Assembly (NCBI GenBank): GCA_025839675.1
Contig: CP104013.1
Span: 5,310,001-5,342,000 of the forward strand
Reading direction: 5' to 3'
Length of the DNA stretch: 32,000 bases
From: Candidatus Lokiarchaeum ossiferum
GTDB taxonomy: Archaea > Asgardarchaeota > Lokiarchaeia > Sigyniarchaeales > Promethearchaeaceae
Shown: positions 16,607 through 25,327 of the stretch, piece by piece
How positions within the stretch are numbered: the stretch's first letter is position 1
Layout: every line of letters starts with the position of its first letter
The notes under the pieces: generated by a model
The model's input: only the letters and a program-made list of their open reading frames with translations
What the model was told of the DNA's origin: nothing
Databases searched by the model: none
Program-made: the position numbers and the translations under genes

Positions 16607-17956
16607 TTATTTACCTAAATCTATCAAATCCCTCATTTTTTCTAACATTTCTTGCCCTTTGTTTGTTAATATATATAATGCTTTTTTTTGGTCTGGAATG
16701 GTATCAATAATCAATCCATCCTCAACAAGATTGTTGATATGTTGGTAAATTGACTGTAATGATTTCTTTTTACCCAAAGCTCCCCAAATTGCATAACCAT
16801 GATTTGCTTTTTTTTCTGCTACTAAATTTAGAATTTCAAATCTTTGGGTTGAGAACTCAGAAATACCCCACACTACCTTTTTTATATCCCTCATTTGTGA
16901 TGCAAAAACATTTAGAGCATTTAATCCAGAACCGGTTAAAATTGCCACAGAAGTCTTTGGATCAATTTGTTCTTTCTGTATAAGAGATTTTGCTGCCGAA
17001 ATTACTGATGCGGAAGCTGGTTCAATAAACAATCCTTCATATTTGGCAAGATCTAAGGCATCCTTTGTCATTTCGGAAGCGTCTATTTGTAATTCTTCTC
17101 CTTCTGTAAGTTTTAAAATAGAATTGACTTCATTAATCAAGAATGGATTTTCCAATTTAAGCGATTCCGCTAAAAATGCTCCATCGCTTTTTTTGAGAGA
17201 GACTGCAAATATTTTTGGAATTTTACTTATCCATTTTGAAGCCAGGGCATCTTGAAATCCTCTGTAAATTGACAATATCAAGGTTCCCGAACCTCGAGGT
17301 ACAATAATACTCTCGATATTTTTCATTTGGAGAATTAATTCTAAAGCGATTGTCTTTTGTCCCTCGATTGTGAGTAAATTATTATTTGGGGTGGGGAAGT
17401 AACTCTTTTTTGATAAAGTTAATTCATTGGCCAAAGAAATGGCTTCATCGAGATTTTTCCCTGCTTGAATCACTTCAGATCCATAAACTTTGATTTGTTC
17501 AATTTTGGCTAAATCCATCTGTTTGGGTAAAATGTTAGTGGAAGAAATCTGTCCTTTTGCACTATATGCCGCTAGGCTTATACCAAATGATCCTGTGCTT
17601 GCAGAAATGATTTTTGAAAAATTTTTTGATAGAATATCTGAAGTGATTAGGGCACTCGCACGATCACGAAATGAACCCGTTGGATTCCTAAATTCAAGTT
17701 TTAGATTTAAGTTTTTTAAATTTTCCATATTCTGAATTGGGATAACTGGAGTATTTCCCTCAAAAAGGGTGATTTGCTGTTCATATTTGGGTAAAAAAGG
17801 GATCAAAGACCACATTGATTTTAGTTCAATTTTTTCAATAGGAGGGCCGGTAATCGGATGAATAAAGATCAAATTATTGCAATTCGGACACCAAAGGTAT
17901 GGCACCTCAAATTCTTGGTTGCATTTATTACAAAAAGGTTTATTCTTCCATTTCAT
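16607..17956 (-). CDS. threonine-synthase-like (PLP fold type II) domain lacking the Schiff-base lysine, with N-terminal Zn ribbon and C-terminal PadR-type wHTH
   Basis: 449 aa. Zn ribbon 'CNKCN...CPNCN'. ThrC-family blocks 'NPTGSFRDRAS' (canonical NPTGSFKDR), 'SASTGSFGISLAAYSAKG', 'EGQKTIALEL', 'PRGSGT'. C-terminus 'ILNLVAEKKANHGYAIWGAL...SIYQHINNLVEDGLI...LYILTNKGQEML' matches the PadR pattern. Confidence 0.75.
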   Translation of the reverse strand: MKWKNKPFCNKCNQEFEVPYLWCPNCNNLIFIHPITGPPIEKIELKSMWSLIPFLPKYEQQITLFEGNTPVIPIQNMENLKNLNLKLEFRNPTGSFRDRASALITSDILSKNFSKIISASTGSFGISLAAYSAKGQISSTNILPKQMDLAKIEQIKVYGSEVIQAGKNLDEAISLANELTLSKKSYFPTPNNNLLTIEGQKTIALELILQMKNIESIIVPRGSGTLILSIYRGFQDALASKWISKIPKIFAVSLKKSDGAFLAESLKLENPFLINEVNSILKLTEGEELQIDASEMTKDALDLAKYEGLFIEPASASVISAAKSLIQKEQIDPKTSVAILTGSGLNALNVFASQMRDIKKVVWGISEFSTQRFEILNLVAEKKANHGYAIWGALGKKKSLQSIYQHINNLVEDGLIIDTIPDQKKALYILTNKGQEMLEKMRDLIDLGK

Positions 17957-18091
17957 CTTTAATTCCCTTATCTATTTCTATTTTGTTTTAAATCATATTT
18001 TACTTTTCCCACTTTTTCATTGTAATTATTATGAAATCAATTAAATTTTATTAAAGCTTAATCCATACCACATATAGAGAGCCTAAGAAGA

Positions 18092-18586
18092 ATGACAGAA
18101 AACAAAGAAAATACTCGCTATTCCCTTCTATCTCAGAAAATGGGGTTTAATCAAATGAGAAATTCCCTTTATTGGCTTCAAAGATATATGAAGCGTTTCA
18201 ATGTTTCTCAAGATGAGTTGGAACGGCGATACTTAGAGATGGGCAAAAATATTGGTGCAAGCTTTATAAAAGAGATTGCTCCGCAATCTAAAGAATTAAA
18301 AAATTTATTCCGAGAACTTTACAATTTGACTTTAAGTAGTAAAGTTAAAGTTTTACAAGAAGGAAATGTCTACACTATTCAAGATACTAAATGTGCTTTA
18401 TGTAAGTATCAATATGATGATATTGATTTAGCAGGATGTACGATAGAGATTGGGATGATTTCTGAAATGTTGGAAAGATTAGGTTATAATGTTATTGATA
18501 GTGCTGTCATTGAAAGTAAAACTTATGGGCATAAATCTTGTATCCATCAGTATACTGCCAACAAAGTGGGGTTTTTACATGAGTAG
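18092..18586 (+). CDS. V4R-domain protein (COG1719-like; Bet3/TRAPP-fold relative)
   Basis: 164 aa. The C-terminal 'CALCK...AGCTIEIGMISEMLERLGYNVIDSAVIESKTYGHKSCIHQY' fits the V4R pattern C..aG.l.G.....lG..v...E......G...C.f. Confidence 0.6.
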   Translation: MTENKENTRYSLLSQKMGFNQMRNSLYWLQRYMKRFNVSQDELERRYLEMGKNIGASFIKEIAPQSKELKNLFRELYNLTLSSKVKVLQEGNVYTIQDTKCALCKYQYDDIDLAGCTIEIGMISEMLERLGYNVIDSAVIESKTYGHKSCIHQYTANKVGFLHE

Positions 18587-20027
18587 TACTTTTAAGTGGA
18601 TTGCCATCAAAGCTGGAACATTATTGGGTCGAAATGTACCCTCCTTATTCTATCAGTTAATTTATCGAGAAATCTATCGGGAAATATTCGATTTGACTAA
18701 AAATGGGAAACAAACAATTGAGGATTCATATAAATTAGGATACGTATCCGCTCAAGAAAGTGCAGAACGCCAATTGGCCGTTTTCCGTATGTTTCCTTCT
18801 GATCCTATCAAAGTTTTGGAATATGTTCCATTAATGTGGCAAATTTATTTTGGTCAGCCTATGGGTGATTATACCACTGAATGGGATCACTCAGATCCAA
18901 TTCGCCCCATATTAACCTATAAAATAAAAAATGATCCCATGACTTTTGATATGGGAAAAGACCCATTGCGGGATAATCTTCCATGGGATAAATTATGGTA
19001 TGGAGAAAATGGCTATGGTGCATTAATGTCGGGATTACTTACTCAAGTAAGTAGTTTTGTTTTAAAAGTTAAAGGTAGGGATGAACGGATTACTTTAATT
19101 AACAGTAGTAATGCTCTCCATGGTGATACCCATTTTGAATTTCGTTGTCAAGTATTACCAACTGAAGATGAACTCCCTGATTTTACTTTTAACCATATTT
19201 CTGCTTCCAACTCACGTTCAAATGCTTCAGATTCTGCAGAAATAAAGAAAAATAATGAAATATGGGCAAAAATTACCGAAAATATTGATCTTGATAAATT
19301 GGATAATATGATGGAATCTCCAGAAGGATTGCTCCGTGTTCCGTTATCCAATGCCATAGAAAAAATATCTAAGATGCCTTCGGTAGAATTTTTGGATCAT
19401 TTCACGAATGATGAAGAAAAAATAATTCAAATACTTGGGTTTATCGGAATTCATTTATCAAATGAATGGGGACAATTACCAGAGACATTCTTTAAAAATA
19501 AGAGTTTTGCGAAAGTTTATGCTCATATTTTTCTATTCATGAAAAATAATGCCGAAAAATTTATTCCCGTTAATATTATTGGTGAATTTAAAGGATATTT
19601 GAGTGCCGTATTTGAAGGAATGGCACCAGAAACCTTTGTTACTAATTTACAGAATATTCCAGAGAAAAAAGTGCTCGATCTTTTCTTCTTAGGTGTAGAG
19701 AAAGCATTGAAGGATTTAGGAATTGATTTTTCAACTTTGAAACCTTCTCTTTATGAAGAGTTCAAGACGCATAATGTAAAAGAATCTGAGAAAAGTGCTT
19801 ATGACCAGGGACAGCAAGAAAAAAAGGATCTTCTTATAGCTCAATTAGTTGATCAGATGATGATTATTTCTACTGCAATCCTAAGCATTCCTTCACAAAT
19901 GGCTATGGTGCTTATTTATAAAGTTATTTCAAGTTCTGGTAGTCTTTTCAGTTCTTTATTCAAAACGATCCGAGATAGTGGGCAACAGATAATTGAACTA
20001 TCGGATAAATTGAAAGAATTCAATTAA
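18579..20027 (+). CDS. divergent V4R/Bet3-like domain protein with ~250-aa helical C-terminal extension and hydrophobic tail
   Basis: ATG 18579 overlaps the upstream stop (ATGAGTAG), implying coupling. The track start at 18489 lies inside the upstream gene. N-terminal ~225 aa end in 'GYGALMSGLLTQVSSFVLKVKGRDERITLINSSNALHGDTHFEFRCQV', V4R-like with the Cys ligands mostly lost. The C-terminal region includes 'MMIISTAILSIPSQMAMVLIYKVI'. Confidence 0.5.
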   Translation: MSSTFKWIAIKAGTLLGRNVPSLFYQLIYREIYREIFDLTKNGKQTIEDSYKLGYVSAQESAERQLAVFRMFPSDPIKVLEYVPLMWQIYFGQPMGDYTTEWDHSDPIRPILTYKIKNDPMTFDMGKDPLRDNLPWDKLWYGENGYGALMSGLLTQVSSFVLKVKGRDERITLINSSNALHGDTHFEFRCQVLPTEDELPDFTFNHISASNSRSNASDSAEIKKNNEIWAKITENIDLDKLDNMMESPEGLLRVPLSNAIEKISKMPSVEFLDHFTNDEEKIIQILGFIGIHLSNEWGQLPETFFKNKSFAKVYAHIFLFMKNNAEKFIPVNIIGEFKGYLSAVFEGMAPETFVTNLQNIPEKKVLDLFFLGVEKALKDLGIDFSTLKPSLYEEFKTHNVKESEKSAYDQGQQEKKDLLIAQLVDQMMIISTAILSIPSQMAMVLIYKVISSSGSLFSSLFKTIRDSGQQIIELSDKLKEFN

Positions 20028-20080
20028 TTCTTAAACCTAAATTAGAAAAATTTAATTTTTTTCATTTCTTTTTAAAAAAC

Positions 20081-20254
20081 ATGTCAGAAGAATTTACTTT
20101 TTATGAAGTAGATATCCAAGAAAAGCGTCAATTACCTTATACGATTACTGTAGAAAAGGTTGAAGGGGACATAATTTTTACCCATAACCAATGGGGAAAC
20201 TCTGTGCGATACCAGAAAGTCGATGATGATTACGAAATTTTGATCGACGAGTAA
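20081..20254 (+). CDS. small hypothetical protein (57 aa, below the ORF-track cutoff)
   Basis: ATG 20081 to TAA 20252-20254. Translation: MSEEFTFYEVDIQEKRQLPYTITVEKVEGDIIFTHNQWGNSVRYQKVDDDYEILIDE. Lies 53 nt after the V4R-like gene on the same strand and is followed by a T8 tract at 20276-20283. Confidence 0.4.
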   Translation: MSEEFTFYEVDIQEKRQLPYTITVEKVEGDIIFTHNQWGNSVRYQKVDDDYEILIDE

Positions 20255-20294
20255 TCGCAAACAATATCTTAATTGTTTTTTTTCTAATCGGTAT

Positions 20295-21245
20295 TTAAAT
20301 TTTAAAACTTTTCAATCCATGTATAATTGTGGCTTTTTCCGATGAATTTAGCATTGTTTGATTGCGTTCTAATTGTTTTACAATATTTTTATAATAAGTT
20401 TTGAATTTTTTAATGATCAACCACTCTATAGTGCCTGCGAGGAATGGAAATAAACCCATCACAATGTAGATAAGGCCTGAAAAATAAACTTGCAATACTT
20501 CTGCATCATTATCGATAGGAAAGCTTATATTTACTCTCCATAATCCCCGTAAACCTGCAGTTAAGAATATGAACAGGCTGTCAATCACAGTTATTGCCAA
20601 TATTATGAACCACCCAATAATTAGAATCATCTCATACCGTTTTCTGTTTTTTGTACTAAAGGTTGCAATAATAATATCCGGGGCTTTCGATTGGGCATGG
20701 TCGGAATTATCTAACATTATTTGATGCTGAATTTTAGTGCTAGAACCACTAATTGAAAACCATATTACCCAAAACCATGTCAAGCAATATATTAAAATCA
20801 CAGGCAAAATGAAAAAATGCGCATAATTATCCATCAATTGGGGGTGAATCTTTGCATCCAATCCTAAAATTAAGAGGATTATTATTTGTGAAAGGGAAGA
20901 TACCAAGAAAATATACCACAATAACTTTTCAGAACTTAACGGATTGATGGAAACGCAATCAGTTCTTGGTTGAGTTGATACCTTAAAAATCCAAAGTATA
21001 CAGAAAAAAATGGTGCCAAACCAAGTAATTATTGGAAACAAAAACAATTGGGGAGAAGTCCAACCTTCAATATAGATTAAAACAAGTCCAATTAAATATG
21101 GAATTATAGATAAAAGAAATTCCGGTGTATGCCAAAAATTGCTTATTTTGAGTTCTTCATCCCTTAATATTCCATGATCTGGCATCTTTACCTTCTTTGT
21201 AGTATCTTTTAATTTTAAAGGTTTGGAAATTACATTTATAAGCAT
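20295..21245 (-). CDS. hypothetical multi-pass membrane protein
   Basis: 316 aa with ~8 hydrophobic segments. No recognisable family. Confidence 0.5.
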   Translation of the reverse strand: MLINVISKPLKLKDTTKKVKMPDHGILRDEELKISNFWHTPEFLLSIIPYLIGLVLIYIEGWTSPQLFLFPIITWFGTIFFCILWIFKVSTQPRTDCVSINPLSSEKLLWYIFLVSSLSQIIILLILGLDAKIHPQLMDNYAHFFILPVILIYCLTWFWVIWFSISGSSTKIQHQIMLDNSDHAQSKAPDIIIATFSTKNRKRYEMILIIGWFIILAITVIDSLFIFLTAGLRGLWRVNISFPIDNDAEVLQVYFSGLIYIVMGLFPFLAGTIEWLIIKKFKTYYKNIVKQLERNQTMLNSSEKATIIHGLKSFKI

Positions 21246-21343
21246 GATTTATTAAGTGGATAAGGGGTACTTCTAAAAAAGATTCAAACTTTTATTAGCT
21301 CGCAATAATAAACAGAAATAAAATTTCTAAAACGTGTGAGTTT

Positions 21344-23371
21344 ATGCCCGAAACCGATCCCGACAAAATAGATTCCTTTCTTAAAACTACATCAAAAATC
21401 TTAGGTTATCATGATTTTTTTCCCTATGATTCTTATCGTCCAGAACAAGAGCGTGTTATTCAAAATATTTCTGAAGCAATTGCATTGGGAAAAAATGCCA
21501 TCTTAATCGCATCTAACGGGACTGGGAAAACAATAATGGCTCTTTCTGCTGCTTTACCAATCGCTTTGAATGATAAGAAACGAAAAATTTTATTTTGCTC
21601 AAGAACATACACTCAAAATGCCCGAGTTATTCAAGAAACTAAGGAAATAACTCAAAAATTTGCAAAACTGCAAATTCAAGAAACTATTGGGGCTGTAAGT
21701 CTGCGGGGTCGAAATGAAATGTGCCCCCATAAAACTCTTCAACGATTACAATTACCTCCTCAAGAATCAATGAGTTTGTGTTCTACTTTACGAAAGAATA
21801 AAAAATGTCGTTATTTTAATCAACTATTCAAAAGGAAAAAAACCAAAGGTTTTCAAGATGAAATTGATGCATTGGCAAATATGCCTTTAGATGCTCAAGA
21901 TTTGATGGATTTTTCTGAGCAAGATGATGTATGTCCTTATTTCCTAAGTAAGATATTATTAGAACATGAGGATATCATTGTGTGTAATTATCAATGGATT
22001 TTTGATCCAAATATTCGAGAAAACTTTTTAGAATCGTTGGGTGTGGGATTATCTGATTGTATTATCATTATGGATGAATGTCATAATCTTCCTGAAATGG
22101 CCAATGGGATCAATTCTTTCCGCTTAACTCCCTTTGGTTTGCGACAAGCTCTCAAAGATCTTGAAGTTACTCGTGCTAAATTTAAGTTGGTCAACTTTGT
22201 TAAAAATTTGCGAAAAATGCTCGAGGTTGTAAAAGATCGTATAACTGATGAGATGGAACTAGATCCCTCTAAATTTATCCAAACAATTTTAAACAAAAAC
22301 AAATTGGGGTCAGTCCGAGATATTAAAGACATTCTTCTTGATTTGAAAGATTATGGTGACGCTATCGAACAAGAAAAAATTGATCAAGGCCAAGTTCCCC
22401 GTAATTTTATTGCTCCAATATGCGAATTTTTTGAAAATTTTCTGGAACGTATTGATGATCCAGCATATTTTGCCTGTATTACTTTAAAAAATACCAGTAA
22501 GGGCAAAAGCGTTGCATTAGAATTGAAATGCTTATCTCCACGGTCCATCACAGATGCGATTTTCAAAGAGAGTTTTGCGACTCTATCGCTCTCCGGGACA
22601 TTACATCCCTTTACCTACACTCATTTATTGGGTTTAAATCATTCTGGGAAAATGCTCAAAATTATTAAAATGAAACCTCCGTTTCCAGAAGAAAATGTAA
22701 AGGTTCTTCTCACCGCAGAATTAAATACAAAAGGGGATCAGCGCACAATATCCATGTATCGGGAGATGTTAATTGCTATCAAACCCATATTATTGAATAC
22801 CCCAAAAAATGTTGGGATATTTTGTGCTTCATATGAAGTAGTCAATGGATTATGGGATAATGGTTTAGAAAGATTAGCTAAAATGTGTAATAAAAAAGCC
22901 TTTCGAGAAAAAAATGGGCTAACTGCGAGTGATAATGATATAATCGTGGAACAATTCCGTTCCTATGCAAGTCGCTCTGATTTCAATGGTGCAGTTCTAT
23001 TAGGGGTAAGTGGGGGACGAAATAGTGAAGGGGAAGATTTTCCAGGAGATCAAATGAATGCTGTGATTATATGTGGGGTTCCCTTTCAACGTCCCACACC
23101 TAGTGGAAATGCAAAGATTGCTTATTATGAGAAACTTTTTCCCCGTAAGGGGCGAGTTTTTGGCTATATTGCTCCTGCAATGCAGAGATCTAATCAAGGA
23201 TGTGGAAGGCCAATCCGTCGAATGACGGATAAAGGGTTGATTGTTTTAATGGATTATCGATTTGGGACTTATTCTCCCTATTTGTCTGATTGGGTCCGTC
23301 GTGCCATGGTTAAGGTGCCAAAACACACGGGAATCATTGAACAAGAAGTACAAAAATTTTTTGGCAAATAA
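21344..23371 (+). CDS. xpd: XPD/Rad3-family (DinG-like) 5'-3' DNA helicase with FeS-cluster domain
   Basis: 675 aa. Walker A 'ASNGTGKT', motif II 'MDECHNL', FeS Cys set ('EMCPHK', 'SLCS...KKCRYF', 'DVCPYF'), and C-terminal helicase motifs 'GVSGGRNSEGEDF' and 'QGCGRPIRR'. Confidence 0.9.
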   Translation: MPETDPDKIDSFLKTTSKILGYHDFFPYDSYRPEQERVIQNISEAIALGKNAILIASNGTGKTIMALSAALPIALNDKKRKILFCSRTYTQNARVIQETKEITQKFAKLQIQETIGAVSLRGRNEMCPHKTLQRLQLPPQESMSLCSTLRKNKKCRYFNQLFKRKKTKGFQDEIDALANMPLDAQDLMDFSEQDDVCPYFLSKILLEHEDIIVCNYQWIFDPNIRENFLESLGVGLSDCIIIMDECHNLPEMANGINSFRLTPFGLRQALKDLEVTRAKFKLVNFVKNLRKMLEVVKDRITDEMELDPSKFIQTILNKNKLGSVRDIKDILLDLKDYGDAIEQEKIDQGQVPRNFIAPICEFFENFLERIDDPAYFACITLKNTSKGKSVALELKCLSPRSITDAIFKESFATLSLSGTLHPFTYTHLLGLNHSGKMLKIIKMKPPFPEENVKVLLTAELNTKGDQRTISMYREMLIAIKPILLNTPKNVGIFCASYEVVNGLWDNGLERLAKMCNKKAFREKNGLTASDNDIIVEQFRSYASRSDFNGAVLLGVSGGRNSEGEDFPGDQMNAVIICGVPFQRPTPSGNAKIAYYEKLFPRKGRVFGYIAPAMQRSNQGCGRPIRRMTDKGLIVLMDYRFGTYSPYLSDWVRRAMVKVPKHTGIIEQEVQKFFGK

Positions 23372-23473
23372 TTTGTTCTCTAATATTTCATTTTGGACAT
23401 GTTTTTAAAAATTCACTATCTTGGGACAATTTAGAACTGGTATATTTTTTAAAATTCCTAACATAGTTCTTTT

Positions 23474-25306
23474 GTGAACAAAAAAAAAATATGGGTTATG
23501 GCTTTTGAATATGCCGGGATCGCAAAGTTTGGAGGGTTGGGGGAAGTTTCAGCCAATCAATGCCGTTCTTTAGCCACTGAACCCGAATTAGATTTGGAAC
23601 TATTCATGCCTTCGCATGGAAAACATCAAAAATTACGAGAAAAATTGCACCTCACACCTCTCAAAGATGAAAAAGGGAATAAATTGATTTTAAAGGGTCG
23701 TTTTGATCCTTTATACTTTGGAATTTCAAATAATGATAAAAAATTCACGAAATTATTCCCAGAAATTTTAGAGGACACAGATATTAACCATTTTAAAGCC
23801 GAAATTTGGCATGGTGTTCTTGACAATGTTCCTATTAATTTACTCGTTGGCACAAATTCTATTTCATCATACATTTTAAATGATACTGAAATTTATGGCG
23901 CTTCGACACTGAATGCGAAGTTAGGCTTGTTTTCTTTAGTAATGCGCGAGTACATGCGTTATACAATTTTCAATCATACAGATTCTATCCCAGATATAAT
24001 TCATATTCATGATCATCATCCAGTTCCTGCTTTATTATGTTGTAAACAGGAATTGAATTTGGTAGGCAAAGATGTTAGATCAATTATCACCATGCATTTA
24101 TTAACATGGCCTAGGAGAGATTTAGAATTTTTCTGGAAATGCGGCGTAAATAATGAGTTGATGCTGGTCAAAATTGGAACCCTCCGATTATGGCAAAGAA
24201 TGAGGGGTATTTTCGCTATTTGTAAAGGAAATGATGATGCCATTCCGACCTTGGAGAAGATTGGATGTGCGATTGCAGATAAGGTAATTGCAGTGAGTGA
24301 AAACTTCTTACATTCTGATATTATTCCCAATTGTGGGGGAGATATTATACGTTGGAAATGTGATTTTACATGGAATGGTTGTGATTGGGATTATCAAAAA
24401 CATCGTTCAATGGTATTTAATCGATTTCAAGAATATTTTGGCTCTAAAACAGAGGAAACAATCAAATCTTGGGATTTGCGTAAAGAATTTCTAACAAAGA
24501 TATTGGGAAATTTACCTGCGGATGAACCAAGAATTAACAGTTCTGAAGTAAAAGCTGTGATTGCTGAAGAATTTACAGACTTACCATATCATCCTGATGG
24601 TTCAGTGGATCCCTTTAAGGAAGATGGGCCTTTAGTGTTAGTTACTGGTCGCGTTTCTCCCCAGAAGGGTATTGAAACAATTTTTTCGGCCATTCCTAAA
24701 GTAATTGATGTTATTCCTAATGTTAAATTTCTCTTTTTAATGGTTCCCACTCCTTATTCCATTGATGATCTTCGATCTTATATGGTATTTGCTCGAAAAT
24801 ATCCTAATAATGTTCGCTTCATTTTTGGTATTGCTGGGAGTATTTATTTGTTAGCTCACCTTTCGGCTGATTTATATTGTTGTCCAAGCCGTTGGGAACC
24901 ATTTGGTATTGTCGCCTTAGAAGCAATGGTTTCTCGCTTACCCATTATTGCTACTTCTGTGGGTGGGTTAAAGGAATCAATCCTACATATCGAAGATCAT
25001 CCTTCTGATGGAACTGGCATCTTAGTTCCGGTAGAACATAGTGATTATCTCCGATATGGTATTATATCATTATTAAAAACCATGCAAATTGCTGAACAAA
25101 AAACAATTACTCCATCTCTTGCTCTTATCGATGTAGCATCACTTATTGAATACATTGTTCACCCAGTTCTCCATTCTCAAGTTAAACAAGATCTTTTATT
25201 TGGAGAAAAAATTCGGGATAATGCGTTAAAACGAGTGGAAACCACATTCCGATGGAAGACGGTTTCAATGAAATTAAAGACAGTATATTTAAGTTTGAAT
25301 TACTAA
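23474..25306 (+). CDS. glgA: glycogen/starch synthase-like GT-B glycosyltransferase (GlgA-like)
   Basis: 610 aa with a GTG start. N-terminal 'FEYAGIAKFGGLGEV' (K-x-GGL motif), 'VTGRVSPQKG', 'PSRWEPFGIVALEAM' (E-x7-E). Confidence 0.8.
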   Translation: MNKKKIWVMAFEYAGIAKFGGLGEVSANQCRSLATEPELDLELFMPSHGKHQKLREKLHLTPLKDEKGNKLILKGRFDPLYFGISNNDKKFTKLFPEILEDTDINHFKAEIWHGVLDNVPINLLVGTNSISSYILNDTEIYGASTLNAKLGLFSLVMREYMRYTIFNHTDSIPDIIHIHDHHPVPALLCCKQELNLVGKDVRSIITMHLLTWPRRDLEFFWKCGVNNELMLVKIGTLRLWQRMRGIFAICKGNDDAIPTLEKIGCAIADKVIAVSENFLHSDIIPNCGGDIIRWKCDFTWNGCDWDYQKHRSMVFNRFQEYFGSKTEETIKSWDLRKEFLTKILGNLPADEPRINSSEVKAVIAEEFTDLPYHPDGSVDPFKEDGPLVLVTGRVSPQKGIETIFSAIPKVIDVIPNVKFLFLMVPTPYSIDDLRSYMVFARKYPNNVRFIFGIAGSIYLLAHLSADLYCCPSRWEPFGIVALEAMVSRLPIIATSVGGLKESILHIEDHPSDGTGILVPVEHSDYLRYGIISLLKTMQIAEQKTITPSLALIDVASLIEYIVHPVLHSQVKQDLLFGEKIRDNALKRVETTFRWKTVSMKLKTVYLSLNY

Positions 25307-25327
25307 CTGATATTTACTAAAAAATAG

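Noticed and set aside
18489-18578. Upstream 30 codons of track ORF 18489..20027
   Set aside because: They lie entirely inside the conserved V4R C-terminus of the upstream gene in another frame. The ATG at 18579, overlapping the upstream stop, is the more plausible coupled start.
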